Notes: generated by a model not told the origin, from the sequence alone. Shown: positions 13,212-27,632, counted from the first letter of the stretch. The stretch: DNA of 64,000 nt from Eledone cirrhosa (GCA_964016885.1 OZ024752.1:37758001-37822000), one strand, 5' to 3'. Program-made: numbers and translations.

Positions 13212-13334
13212 CTGACTGGGTTTCCTAAGAGTCTATTTTTGCCTTCCATTTGCATCCGTACTTTAACAAGATCTGTAGGACTGGCAACAAACTGTCCTAA
13301 CATACCAGCTGTTAACCCACAACATGCGGCTTTC
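13212..13334 (-). CDS. SLC25A27: UCP4 coding exon 5
   Basis: TAG/GTGAG boundaries; [41 protein letters not shown] contains the second carrier signature; 123 nt. Confidence 0.95.
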
Positions 13335-13699
13335 CTAAGGAAAGGAAACAAGAGCTATAGCAATAGTAATTGTTGTTACATTTGGCACAAGGTCAGCAAT
13401 TTGAATGGAAGAGGCAAGTAAAATAATTTCAAATTTCTGGCCTTGTGCCAAATCTAGAAACAACAATAACAACAATAACATTAATAATTGTTTCTACATT
13501 TGGCACAAGGCCAGCAATTATCCCAGTGCATATCGACCCCGTAAGGATGAAAGGCAAAGTTAACCTCGGCGGGATTTGAACTCAGAATAGCAAGGGCCGT
13601 AACATTAATAATGATAATAATTGCTTTTGTTGACCATGTGGGCTTAAGATATTGGGGACAGTACAAAGGTGAAATACAAATATGAAGAGTTTTGTTTAC

Positions 13700-13784
13700 C
13701 ATACAGGAAGCATTCCATCAGCATTTTTATGGAAGACATTATCTCTGAGAATCTCATAGAAGCTCATACGACATCCAGTGTAGA
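13700..13784 (-). CDS. SLC25A27: UCP4 coding exon 4
   Basis: CAG/GT boundaries; VYTGCRMSFYEILRDNVFHKNADGMLPVW; 85 nt. Confidence 0.93.
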
Positions 13785-14576
13785 CTGAAACAGAAAATAT
13801 AAAGATTATATTAGAGTAAAATCAGACATTAAGTGATGAAGAAATATTGATATATTGGAGGCACATGGCTTAGTGGTTAGAGCATTGGCCTTGCAATCGA
13901 AAGGTTGTGAGTGAGTTCAATTCTCAGACCGGGTGATGTGTTGTTTCTTTGAGCAAGACACTTTATTTCACATTGCTCCAGTTTACTCAGCTGTAGAAAT
14001 GAGATGATAGGGACTGGGGTCCCTATCATTCCACTGTAAAGTAGTCGTGGAGGTGCCACGGCAAAAAAAGCACCCAGCACTCACTGTAAATGAGGTTGGT
14101 GTTAGGAAGGGCATCCAGCTGTAGAAATCAAGCTAACATCAGTTCCCGTCCCACCCTTGCCAGCAGGGAAAAGCGGACGTAAAATGATGATAGATGATAG
14201 AGGAAGTAATAGACGAAAATATACCAATTTCTTTCTTTAAAGTCCCGACTGCAGCTTTGCCAAATTGCTTTACAGCAAATGCACTATAGAAGTACACCAT
14301 TGCTGTGAGGTTAATACGTCTTATCAAGAGACCTCTCAGATAGTGGTCTGTTTCTTGACCCAATATATATATATATATATATATCAGCAAAAAATGCACA
14401 CAGTAAGCAGTTGTTTAGCATGAACAGAAAACTGTATTTCTACCTTTTCAGCCACCTTCCTGCATTAGGGAGACCTGGGACTACATCTCCCACATGTCAT
14501 GCTTATTTTCTCTTATTGTTTTAAGCGTTTGCTTATATTGCTTAATAATATCAGACTTGATGTGTGAGTGTGTGTG

Positions 14577-14658
<82 letters not shown>

Positions 14659-14900
14659 AGCCGACTGTGGTCTCCACACCAGATACAGCAATAAAAATGT
14701 AATTGTTTCTACTTTAGGCACAAGGCCAGCAATTACCCAGTGCATTACTGGTACTTTATTTTATCGACCCCGTAAGGATGAAAGGCAAAGTCAACCTCGG
14801 CGGGATTTGTACTCAGATCGTAAAGGGACGTAACTATGCTGGAAAGCACGGCGTCCGACCTTCTACCGATACTGCCAATCCACAAAAATGTAATACTCAC

Positions 14901-14963
14901 CAATATGTCTTGTAAGTGCTGGAGTGACTCCCTGCCATAATTTTAGAAAGCCTTCTTCTTGAG
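14901..14963 (-). CDS. SLC25A27: UCP4 coding exon 3
   Basis: CAG acceptor, GTGAGT donor; AQEEGFLKLWQGVTPALTRHI; 63 nt, phase 1-1. Confidence 0.95.
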
Positions 14964-15177
14964 CTGTTTAAGTATAAAAAAATATATAATTGTTATCATC
15001 TTATATATATATACATATATATGAAGGAAATTGTAGTTTACTCTAAGCATTGCTTAGTGAGGTATAAACGTTTGGAGTTAGAAGGCTAGAACAATGCAGG
15101 TATGGCTATAGAATATAAATACAAATGCAAAAGATATCGCTGACAATTAGTCTTTTACTTTAAATTTATTTGAATAT

Positions 15178-15212
15178 CCTTAAGTTTCAAGATAATATCT
15201 CTTCTTCAGAGG
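15178..15212 (-). ncRNA. Minimal hammerhead-like motif in UCP4 intron 2 (sense strand)
   Basis: CCT-CTGAAGA-A-GAGAT(ATT)ATCTT-GAAACTTA-AGG. Confidence 0.55.
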
Positions 15213-15721
15213 GAAGTAAAGGGGTTAATCCAGTGTTCTAATTAGCTTGCCAAGTCATGCTGACAGGAAATAGTATATATATATATATATAGTAATAATA
15301 ATAAAATTGAAGACTAAAATCCAAAGAGGGCTCGATAAGGAAAATATATATCAAATATATAAGAACCGTAGAGCAAATATTTATTTTAATAAATATATAT
15401 ATATATTTCGAGGTTCAAATTCGTCTACGGAACAGGTTTGGATTTTGAAATTTAAATCTGTCCAGGAATCATGGCCGTTGCCAATATAAGCTTGTCTTTA
15501 TTGACTTATATCGAGACAGACAAATTGTATTCACTTTAATTAGTTTATTTCATTAATAGCTAACTTTGTCTGTTGCAATGTAAACACGTTTCGTGTTTAT
15601 CATATATTTTAATGTATATATATATACACGGAGACACAAAGCAGAATTTGTTTACAAATGGCTAGCGAATTTGAAAATTGCGTAGTAACATGTGCTTACA
15701 CCATAAGCACATGTTACTACG

Positions 15722-15756
<35 letters not shown>

Positions 15757-16084
15757 CACAGTTCAAGAGTAACCAATCTTAAAGAGAGAGATGGAGATAG
15801 GAGAGGAGAAGAGAGATTGGTGAATTAGTTAGAGGCCAAAGCGTGAAGGCATGTGCTCAATGTGCAATATGCAGTGGAAGGCAGCAAGGTGGCTGGGTTC
15901 ATGCAGAGGTTAGAGAGCTGGAAATATTCATTAGTTAAGCAAAACAAGACCCCAAATTTCACAAGGAAGACATTATTAAAAGATTGTCAACATAGTTTTA
16001 GTTTAATGTAAGGAATGTAGAGAATAAAATTTGTGGTCTTGTTTTGCTTAACTAATGAATATATATATATATACATACATGTGC

Positions 16085-19000
16085 TGTGGGCCTCACACTA
16101 GCAGGGATCACGGCAGTGGGCCTCACACCAGTGGGCCTCAGACCAGTAGACCTCACACCAGTGGACCTCACACCAGTGGATCTCACACCAGTGGACCTCA
16201 CACCAGTAGGCCTCACACCAGCAGGGATCATGCCAGTAGACCTCACACCAGTGGACCTCACACCAGCAGGGATCATGCCAGTAGACCTCACACCAGCAGG
16301 GATCATGCCAGTAGACCTCACACCAATGGGCCTCACACCAGTGGACCTCACACAAGTGGACCTCACACCAGTGGATCTCCTACCAGTAGACCTCACACCA
16401 GCAGGGATCATGCCAGTAGACCTCACACCAGTAGGCCTCACACCAGCAGGGATCATGCCAGTAGACCTCACACCAATGGGCCTCACACCAGTGGACCTCA
16501 CACAAGTGGACCTCACACCAGTGGATCTCCTACCAGTAGACCTCACACCAGCAGGGATCATGCCAGTAGACCTCACACCAGTAGGCCTCACACCAGCAGG
16601 GATCATGCCAGTAGACCTCACACCAATGGGCCTCACACCAGTGGACCTCACACAAGTGGACCTCACACCAGTGGATCTCCTACCAGTAGACCTCACACCA
16701 GCAGGGATCATGCCAGTAGACCTCACACCAGTAGGCCTCACACCAGCAGGGATCATGCCAGTAGACCTCACACCAATGGGCCTCACACCAGTGGACCTCA
16801 CACAAGTGGACCTCACACCAGTGGATCTCCTACCAGTAGACCTCACACCAGCAGGGATCATGCCAGTAGACCTCACACCAGTAGGCCTCACACCAGCAGG
16901 GATCATGCCAGTAGACATCACACCAGTGGACCTCACACCAGTAGGCCTCACACCAGCAGGGATCATGCCAGTAGACCTCACACCAGTAGGGATCATGCCA
17001 GTAGACCTCACACCAGCAGGGATCATGCCAGTAGACCTCACACCAGCAGGGATCATGCCAGTAGACCTCACACCAATGGGCCTCACACCAGTGGACCTCA
17101 CACCAGTGGACCTCACACCAGTGGACCTCACACCAGTGGATCTCCTACCAGTGGACCTCACACCAGTGGACCTCACACCAGTGGACCTCACACCAGTAGA
17201 CCTCACACCAGTGGACCTCACACCAGTGGACCTCACACCAGTAGACCTCACACCAGTAGACCTCACACCAGTGGACCTCACACCAGTAGACCTCACACCA
17301 GTGGACCTCACACCAGTGGACCTCCTACCAGTGGACCTCCTACCAGTGGACCTCACACCAGTGGACCTCACACCAGTGGACCTCACACCAGTGGATCTCC
17401 TACCAGTGGACCTCACACCAGTAGACCTCACACCAGTGGACCTCACACCAGTGGACCTCACACCAGTGGACCTCACACCAGTGGACCTCACACCAGTGGA
17501 CCTCCTACCAGTGGACCTCACACCAGTGGACCTCACACCAGTGGACCTCACACCAGTGGATCTCCTACCAGTGGACCTCACACCAGTAGACCTCACACCA
17601 GTGGACCTCACACCAGTGGACCTCACACCAGTGGACCTCACACCAGTGGACCTCACACCAGTAGACCTCACACCAGTAGACCTCACACCAGTGGACCTCA
17701 CACCAGTGGACCTCACACCAGTGGACCTCACACCAGTAGACCTCACACCAGTGGACCTCACACCAGTGGACCTCACACCAGTGGACCTCACACCAGTGGA
17801 CCTCACACCAGTGGATCTCCTACCAGTGGACCTCACACCAGTGGACCTCCTACCAGTGGACCTCACACCAGTGGACCTCACACCAGTGGACCTCACACCA
17901 GTGGACCTCACACCAGTGGACCTCACACCAGTGGACCTCCTACCAGTGGACCTCACACCAGTGGGCCTCACACCAGTAGACCTCACACCAGTGGACCTCA
18001 CACCAGCGGACCTCACACCAGTGGACCTCACACCAGTGGACCTCACACCAGTGGACCTCCCACCAGTGGACCTCACACCAGTAGACCTCACACCAGTGGA
18101 CCTCACACCAGTGGGCCTCACACCAGTGGACCTCACACCAGTGGACCTCACACCAGTGGACCTCACACCAGTGGACCTCCTACCAGTGGACCTCACACCA
18201 GTAGGCCTCACACCAGTGGACCTCACACCAGTGGACCTCACACCAGTGGACCTCACACCAGTGGACCTCAAACCAGTGGACCTCACACCAGCAGACCTCA
18301 CACCAGTGGACCTCACACCAGTGGACCTCACACCAGTGGACCTCACACCAGCGGACCTCCCACCAGTAGACCTCACACCAGTGGATCTCCTACCAGTGGA
18401 TCTCCTACCAGTGGACCTCACACCAGTGGACCTCACACCAGTGGACCTCACACCAGCGGACCTCACACCAGCGGACCTCACACCAGTGGACCTCACACCA
18501 GCGGACCTCACACCAGTGGACCTCCCACCAGTAGACCTCACACCAGTGGACCTCACACCAGTGGACCTCACACAAGTGGACCTCACACCAGTGGACCTCA
18601 CACCAGTGGACCTCACACAAGTGGACCTCACACCAGTGGACCTCACACCAGTGGACCTCACACCAGTGGACCTCACACCAGTGGACCTCACACCAGTGGG
18701 CCTCACACAAGTGGACCTCACACCAGCGGACCTCACACCAGTGGATCTCCTACCAGTGGACCTCCTACCAGTGGACCTCACACCAGTGGACCTCACACCA
18801 GTGGACCTCACACAAGTGGACCTCACACCAGTGGGCCTCACACAAGTGGACCTCACACCAGTGGACCTCACACCAGCGGACCTCACACCAGTGGATCTCT
18901 TACCAGTGGACCTCACACCAGTGGACCTCACACCAGCGGACCTCACACCAGTGGATCTCCTACCAGTGGACCTCCCACCAGCGGACCTCACACCAGTGGA

Positions 19001-22000
19001 TCTCCTACCAGTGGACCTCACACCAGTAGACCTCACACCAGTAGACCTCCCACCAGTGGACCTCACACCAGTGGACCTCACACCAGTAGACCTCACACCA
19101 GTAGACCTCACACCAGTGGACCTCACACCAGTAGACCTCACACCAGTGGACCTCACACCAGCGGACCTCACACCAGTGGACCTCACACCAGTGGACCTCA
19201 CACCAGCGGACCTCACACCAGTGGACCTCACACCAGCAGACCTCACACCAGTGGACCTCACACCAGTGGATCTCCTACCAGTGGACCTCACACCAGTGGA
19301 CCTCACACCAGCGGACCTCACACCAGTGGACCTCACACCAGCGGACCTCACACCAGTGGATCTCCTACCAGTGGACCTCACACCAGCGGACCTCACACCA
19401 GCGGACCTCACACCAGCGGACCTCACACCAGCGGACCTCACACCAGTGGACCTCACACCAGCGGACCTCACACCAGTGGACCTCACACCAGCGGACCTCA
19501 CACCAGTGGGCCTCACACCAGTGGACCTCACACCAGTGGGCCTCCTACCAGTGGACCTCACACCAGCGGACCTCACACCAGTGGACCTCACACCAGCGGA
19601 GTTACACCAGTGGACCTCACACCAGTGGGCCTCACACCAGTGGACCTCACACCAGTGGACCTCACACCAGTGGACCTCACACCAGTGGACCTCACACCAG
19701 CGGAGTTACACCAGTGGACCTCACACCAGTGGACCTCACACCAGTAGATCTCCTACCAGTGGACCTCACACCAGCGGACCTCACACCAGTGGATCTCCTA
19801 CCAGTGGACCTCACACCAGCGGACCTCACACCAGCGGACCTCACACCAGTGGACCTCACACCAGTGGACCTCACACCAGTGGATCTCCTACCAGTAGATC
19901 TCCTACCAGTGGACCTCACACCAGCGGACCTCACACCAGCGGAGTTACACCAGTGGACCTCACACCAGTGGACCTCACACCAGTGGACCTCACACCAGTA
20001 GACCTCACACCAGCGGAGTTACACCAGTGGACCTCACACCAGTGGGCCTCACACCAGTGGACCTCACACCAGTGGATCTCACACCAGTGGATCTCCTACC
20101 AGTGGACCTCACACCAGCGGACCTCACACCAGCGGACCTCACACCAGTGGACCTCACACCAGTAGACCTCACACCAGTAGATCTCCTACCAGTGGACCTC
20201 ACACCAGCGGACCTCACACCAGCGGACCTCACACCAGTGGACCTCACACCAGTAGACCTCACACCAGTGGACCTCACACCAGTGGACCTCACACCAGTGG
20301 ACCTCCCACCAGTGGATCTCACACCAGCGGACCTCACACCAGTGGACCTCACACCAGTGGACCTCACACCAGCGGACCTCACACCAGTGGACCTCCTACC
20401 AGTGGATCTCACACCAGTGGACCTCACACCAGCGGACCTCACACCAGTGGACCTCCCACCAGTGGATCTCACACCAGCGGACCTCACACCAGTGGACCTC
20501 ACACCAGTGGACCTCACACCAGCGGACCTCACACCAGTGGACCTCACACCAGTGGACCTCACACCAGTAGACCTCACACCAGCGGACCTCACACCAGCGG
20601 AGTTACACCAGTGGACCTCACACCAGTGGACCTCACACCAGTGGATCTCCTACCAGTGGACCTCACACCAGTGGACCTCACACCAGCGGACCTCACACCA
20701 GTGGACCTCACACCAGCGGACCTCACACCAGTGGATCTCCTACCAGTGGACCTCACACCAGCGGACCTCACACCAGCGGACCTCACACCAGTGGACCTCA
20801 CACCAGCGGACCTCACACCAGTGGACCTCACACCAGCGGACCTCACACCAGTGGACCTCACACCAGCGGACCTCACACCAGTGGGCCTCACACCAGTGGA
20901 CCTCACACCAGTGGGCCTCCTACCAGTGGACCTCACACCAGCGGACCTCACACCAGTGGACCTCACACCAGCGGAGTTACACCAGTGGACCTCACACCAG
21001 TGGGCCTCACACCAGTGGACCTCACACCAGTGGACCTCACACCAGTGGACCTCACACCAGCGGAGTTACACCAGTGGACCTCACACCAGTGGACCTCACA
21101 CCAGTAGATCTCCTACCAGTGGACCTCACACCAGCGGACCTCACACCAGTGGATCTCCTACCAGTGGATCTCCTACCAGTGGACCTCACACCAGCGGACC
21201 TCACACCAGCGGACCTCACACCAGTGGACCTCACACCAGTGGACCTCACACCAGTGGATCTCCTACCAGTAGATCTCCTACCAGTGGACCTCACACCAGC
21301 GGACCTCACACCAGCGGAGTTACACCAGTGGACCTCACACCAGTGGACCTCACACCAGTGGACCTCACACCAGTAGACCTCACACCAGCGGAGTTACACC
21401 AGTGGACCTCACACCAGTGGGCCTCACACCAGTGGACCTCACACCAGTGGATCTCACACCAGTGGACCTCACACCAGTAGATCTCCTACCAGTGGACCTC
21501 ACACCAGCGGACCTCACACCAGCGGACCTCACACCAGTGGACCTCACACCAGTAGACCTCACACCAGTGGACCTCACACCAGTGGACCTCACACCAGTGG
21601 ACCTCCTACCAGTGGACCTCACACCAGTGGACCTCACACCAGCGGACCTCACACCAGTGGACCTCACACCAGCGGACCTCACACCAGTGGACCTCACACC
21701 AGTGGACCTCACACCAGTGGACCTCACACTAGTAGACCTCCTACCAGTGGATCTCACACCAGTGGACCTCACACCAGCGGACCTCCCACCAGTGGATCTC
21801 ACACCAGCGGACCTCACACCAGTGGACCTCACACCAGTGGACCTCACACCAGCGGACCTCACACCAGTGGACCTCACACCAGTGGACCTCACACCAGTAG
21901 ACCTCACACCAGCGGACCTCACACCAGTGGACCTCACACCAGTAGACCTCACACCAGTAGACCTCACACCAGTAGACCTCACACCAGTGGACCTCACACC

Positions 22001-22209
22001 AGTAGACCTCACACCAGTGGACCTCACACCAGCGGACCTCACACCAGTGGACCTCACACCAGTAGACCTCACACCAGTGGACCTCACACCAGTGGACCTC
22101 ACACCAGTAGACCTCACACCAGTGGACCTCACACCAGTGGACCTCACACCAGTAGACCTCACACCAGTGGACCTCACACCAGCGGACCTCACACCAGCGG
22201 AGTTACACC
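16085..22209. repeat. 15-bp minisatellite (consensus CCAGTGGACCTCACA), ~400 units, in UCP4 intron 2
   Basis: Direct tandem periodicity; variant units GGGATCATG, GATCTCCTA and 14-nt GGAGTTACA. Confidence 0.99.
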
Positions 22210-22301
22210 TTTGAGTGGCCAACTCTGACATGGTAGCTGAAAGTAGAAAACCATCTTACAGCTCTTAGTGAACATTAACTAGGAAAGTATCCAAAACTTA
22301 C

Positions 22302-22421
22302 CTATTCCAACAGCTGTCTTGATCATCCCTCGATATGGACTAGGTTTGCTGTTGGAGCATTTTGATGCTAGTTCTCCTTGGATTTGAAGTCTGGTTTTCG
22401 TCAAGTCAAGAGGATAAGTAA
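22302..22421 (-). CDS. SLC25A27: UCP4 coding exon 2
   Basis: TAG acceptor, GTAAGT donor; [17 protein letters not shown]...[12 protein letters not shown] contains the first carrier signature PxDxxKxRxQ; 120 nt, phase 1-1. Confidence 0.95.
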
Positions 22422-23850
22422 CTATATTATAAAATGAAAAAAAAAAAAAAAAAATGAAAATAATATACAGGATGCCCTAGCATGGCCTCAGCCGGATGTT
22501 AGGAACAGGTGAAAAAGTAAAAGAGGGTGTATCAAAAGAATCATCCAGTTTTATTTACAATTTTAATAAATGCTCAATATGTAAATAACTTTATAAAAAT
22601 TTCTAAAAGTTTATAGTATCTTTACTGGTGGACAGATCTTTGTGAAAATTTGCAGTTCTAGGATTTTTTTCAACATGCTGACGCATATGTGTATGTGCAT
22701 ATGTATACATTTCTATGTATGAGTATATAAATATAAACATGTAAACACAGACACATTTACAAAAATACACACTCACAGAAACACATACACAGCATAACAA
22801 ATGGGACGCCAGCCACTATATTGCTATAGTTTTTTCACCTCGCCCTGCTTTGCTTTTACACACACATACATTTACGCAGGCAACAGATGTAAAGAGAGAG
22901 GAGTAGTATGAGGTAGTCAAACTACTCCTATCTCTTTACGCGTTGTGACAGAATCACATATTTATATATCGATTAGAGTAAATGCTTCAATTTTTTATGT
23001 GATGCAATCATTGTGTTGTTTCATACTTTTCAAGAATGTCTTGCTAATGTAGTTTCATGTGGTACAGGAGATTAAGAGTAAAACTTTATATTCATACATG
23101 TATTGTACAAGTTACTGCATGATTATATGGTCATTTGTTTAAAAAAATATAGCTTTTTTGAAACACACTCTATATATTTGATGTCAAAGCCAAAATGGAA
23201 TCCCTCCAAAGTGTCTTTATTATATTTATATATATATATATATATATAAAAACATGAGAAGAAAGAAGAATACTGCGTGGTTGCACATAGGTTACATATG
23301 ATAAAAATAGTCCTTCGTCAGTGATTTTCCAACCATCATTGGTATTTCATCGCGTTAAAAATCATTATATATATATATCATTGTACAGATTAACCTGCAC
23401 AAATAATAAATATTTGCTCTATGGGTTTTATATATATATATATATATATAAAATATATATATAATCCTTATCGTTGCCCTCTTCGGATTTTTAGTCTTCA
23501 TAATTATTATTACTATAACATCATCATCACCGTTTTACGCTCATTCTTCCACGCTAGCATGGGTTAGACGAGTTGTCCTGTTGTGGGCAATGCCAGGTCA
23601 GGTGACCATGTCTTACTCATACCGAACTGATTCTGGCTTGGTTTCTACAGCTGGATGCCCTTCCTAACACCAACTTCATTTACAGTGAAGTACTGGGTGC
23701 TTTTGTACTGTGGCACCTCCCCGACCACTTTACAGTGGAAGAGGGGTGGGGCACACTGTCTATATCCACGAGTTGGAGTGGCTTTTCCAGCGTGTCGCCC
23801 TTGCTGTCCTCCGGGGAAAACGCCTTCTCCATCCTGTCCGCCGGGGCTGT

Positions 23851-23881
<31 letters not shown>

Positions 23882-24127
23882 GGGCTTCGCGTAACATTCC
23901 ATATTTAAGTAAGTAAAAGTAAATATGTATGGATAAATGATAGTGTAAATACTGTCCGGGTAAAGATTATAGAAAGTCTCTGGATATGTCAGTTATCAAT
24001 ATGGCGTTCTATCTTACTACATGGTTGCATACCGGATCTTAATTCATAATAAAGAAAACGAATTGATCCTTTTCTATTAATCCAGGGAATTGAAAATTGG
24101 GTAACAGGGTTTATAGACTGAAAACTG

Positions 24128-26930
24128 AAATCATTTGATTTGCTTCAGCTTGTATCTGTGGGAAGTCATTTGATTTGCTTCAGCTTGTATCTGTGGGAAA
24201 TCATTTGATTTGCTTCAGCTTGTATCTGTGGGAAATCATTTGATTTGCTTCAGCTTGTATCTGTGGGAAGTCATTTAATTTGCTTCAGCTTGTATCTGTG
24301 GGAAATCATTTGATTTGCTTCAGCTTGTATCTGTGGGAGGTCATTTGATTTGCTTCAGCTTGTATCTGTGGGAAATCATTTGATTTGCTTCAGCTTGTAT
24401 CTGAGGGAAGTCATTTGATTTGCTTCAGCTTGTATTTGTGGGAAATCATTTGATTTGCTTCAGCTTGTATCTGTGGGAAATCATTTGATTTGCTTCAGCT
24501 TGTATCTGTGGGAAGTCATTTGATTTGCTTCAGCTTGTATCTGTGGGAAATCATTTGATTTGCTTCAGCTTGTATCTGTGGGAAGCCATTTGATTTGCTT
24601 CAGCTTGTATCTGTGGGAAGTCATTTGATTTGCTTCAGCTTGTATCTGTGGGAAGTCATTTGATTTGCTTCAGCTTGTATCTGTGGGAAGTCATTTGATT
24701 TGCTTCAGCTTGTATCTGTGGGAAATCATTTGATTTGCTTCAGCTTGTATCTGTGGGAAGTCATTTGATTTGCTTCAGCTTGTATCTGTGGGAAATCATT
24801 TGATTTGCTTCAGCTTGTATCTGTGGGAAATCATTTGATTTGCTTCAGCTTGTATCTGTGGGAAATCATTTGATTTGCTTCAGCTTGTATCTTTGGGAAG
24901 TCATTTGATTTGCTTCAGCTTGTATCTGTGGGAAATCATTTGATTTGCTTCAGCTTGTATCTGTGGGAAATCATTTAATTTGCTTCAGCTTGTATCTGTG
25001 GGAAATCATTTAATTTGCTTCAGCTTGTATCTGTGGGAAATCATTTGATTTGCTTCAGCTTGTATCTGTGGGAAATCATTTGATTTGCTTCAGCTTGTAT
25101 CTGTGGGAAATCATTTGATTTGCTTCAGCTTGTATCTGTGGGAAATCATTTGATTTGCTTCAGCTTGTATCTGTGGGAAATCATTTAATTTGCTTCAGCT
25201 TGTATCTGTGGGAAGTCATTTGATTTGCTTCAGCTTGTATCTGTGGGAAATCATTTAATTTGCTTCAGCTTGTATCTGTGGGAAATCATTTGATTTGCTT
25301 CAGCTTGTATCTGTGGGAAGTCATTTGATTTGCTTCAGCTTGTATGTGGGAAATCATTTGATTTGCTTCAGCTTGTATCTGTGGGCAATCATTTGATTTG
25401 CTTCAGCTTGTATCTGTAGGAAGTCATTTGATTTGCTTCAGCTTGTATCTGTGGGAAGTCATTTGATTTGCTTCAGCTTGTATCTGTGGGAAGTCATTTG
25501 ATTTGCTTCAGCTTGTATCTGTGGGAAGTCATTTGATTTGCTTCAGCTTGTATCTGTGGGAAGTCATTTGATTTGCTTCAGCTTGTATCTGTGGGAAATC
25601 ATTTGATTTGCTTCAGCTTGTATCTGTGGGAAATCATTTGATTTGCTTCAGCTTGTATCTGTGGGAAGTCATTTGATTTGCTTCAGCTTGTATCTGTGGG
25701 AAGTCATTTGATTTGCTTCAGCTTGTATCTGTGGGAAATCATTTGATTTGCTTCAGCTTGTATCTGTGGGAAATCATTTGATTTGCTTCAGCTTGTATAT
25801 GTGGGAAGTCATTTGATTTGCTTCAGCTTGTATCTGTGGGAAGTCATTTGATTTGCTTCAGCTTGTATCTGTGGGAAATCATTTGATTTGCTTCAGCTTG
25901 TATCTGTGGGAAGTCATTTGATTTGCTTCAGCTTGTATCTGTGGGAAGTCATTTGATTTGCTTCAGCTTGTATCTGTGGGAAGTCATTTGATTTGCTTCA
26001 GCTTGTATCTGTGGGAAATCATTTGATTTGCTTCAGCTTGTATCTGTGGGAAGTCATTTGATTTGCTTCAGCTTGTATCTGTGGGAAGTCATTTGATTTG
26101 CTTCAGCTTGTATCTGTGGGAAGTCATTTGATTTGCTTCAGCTTGTATCTGTGGGAAGTCATTTGATTTGCTTCAGCTTGTATCTGTGGGAAATCATTTG
26201 ATTTGCTTCAGCTTGTATGTGTGGGAAATCATTTGATTTGCTTCAGCTTGTATCTGTGGGAAATCATTTGATTTGCTTCAGCTTGTATCTGTGGGAAATC
26301 ATTTGATTTGCTTCAGCTTGTATCTGTGGGAAATCATTTGATTTGCTTCAGCTTGTATCTGTGGGAAATCATTTGATTTGCTTCAGCTTGTATCTGTGGG
26401 AAATCATTTGATTTGCTTCAGCTTGTATCTGTGGGAAATCATTTGATTTGCTTCAGCTTGTATCTGTGGGAAGTCATTTGATTTGCTTCAGCTTGTATCT
26501 GTGGGAAGTCATTTGATTTGCTTCAGCTTGTATCTGTGGGAAGTCATTTGATTTGCTTCAGCTTGTATCTGTGGGAAGTCATTTGATTTGCTTCAGCTTG
26601 TATCTGTGGGAAATCATTTGATTTGCTTCAGCTTGTATCTGTGGGAAGTCATTTGATTTGCTTCAGCTTGTATCTGTGGGAAATCATTTGATTTGCTTCA
26701 GCTTGTATCTGTGGGAAATCATTTGATTTGCTTCAGCTTGTATCTGTGGGAAATCATTTGATTTGCTTCAGCTTGTATCTGTGGGAAGTCATTTGATTTG
26801 CTTCAGCTTGTCTCTGTGGGAAATCATTTGATTTGCTTCAGCTTGTATCTGTGGGAAATCATTTGATTTGCTTCAGCTTGTATCTGTGGGAAATCATTTA
26901 ATTTGCTTCAGCTTGTATCTGTGGGAAGTC
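24128..26930. repeat. 35-bp tandem satellite (TCATTTGATTTGCTTCAGCTTGTATCTGTGGGAA[A/G]), ~80 units, in UCP4 intron 1
   Basis: Head-to-tail copies with no spacers. Confidence 0.99.
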
Positions 26931-27094
26931 AGGTCTTCTGTATTATATATATATGTGTGTGTGTGTGTGTAGCTACAGTTACAGGCAGTGTGCTGTTCAA
27001 AGCATTCAATGCTGTTACGAGGTCTATCTTGTGTTTGGTTGTATTCCAGAGTTAAGACAGTTGTGGTGTGCAGAGTGTAAATAAAAGTCACTGT

Positions 27095-27158
<64 letters not shown>

Positions 27159-27492
27159 AACGAGTAGGACCCCGACGGCTGAGCTCAAGCCATTTCGACA
27201 GCTAATTCTGGACTAAAAAGATTTTAGTCCAGAATTTAGTCGAAATGGCTTGAGCTCAGCCGTCGGGGTCCTACTCGTTCCTATTACCCACTCTACTACC
27301 CTAAATATTGAGTACTTTGGTGCGTTATGGTCCATCTGGTTCCTTACCACATTTCTTCGTTATATATATATATATATATATGTAAAAGTAGGTTGGATCG
27401 AAGTCACTGTTGCAGCATATATATAAACTTTATTGGCATACTCCAATCATTTCAATATTGATCAGCTCAGGGTTCAGTTTTAATGCCAATAA

Positions 27493-27527
<35 letters not shown>

Positions 27528-27567
27528 GATATTAAATAAATTGAAACTATATTTATAAAACCATATT

Positions 27568-27632
27568 TATTTCATTATACATATTTCAGGGATACCAAAT
27601 TAAAATATGGTATGCCTTCATCAGACAAAATA
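27568..27632 (-). ncRNA. Minimal type-I hammerhead ribozyme motif (intact core)
   Basis: Minus strand reads TATTTTGT-CTGATGA-AGGcATACCA/TGGTATcCCT-GAAA-TATGTA-TA-ATGAAATA; stems I and II pair. Confidence 0.7.

Noticed and set aside
15677-15725. Short perfect hairpin TTGCGTAGTAACATGTGCTTA-CACCA-TAAGCACATGTTACTACGCAA
   Set aside because: Abuts (TA)n like the other foldback remnants, but has no ribozyme core or other evidence of function
16052-22231. Very long ORFs on both strands ((VRSTG)n, (PHTSG)n, (VDLTP)n)
   Set aside because: By-product of a stop-free 15-bp tandem repeat inside UCP4 intron 2; no unique domain or splice context
24128-26930. CRISPR-like array (35-bp repeat)
   Set aside because: Units are head-to-tail with no unique spacers, there are no cas genes, and the context is a eukaryotic intron
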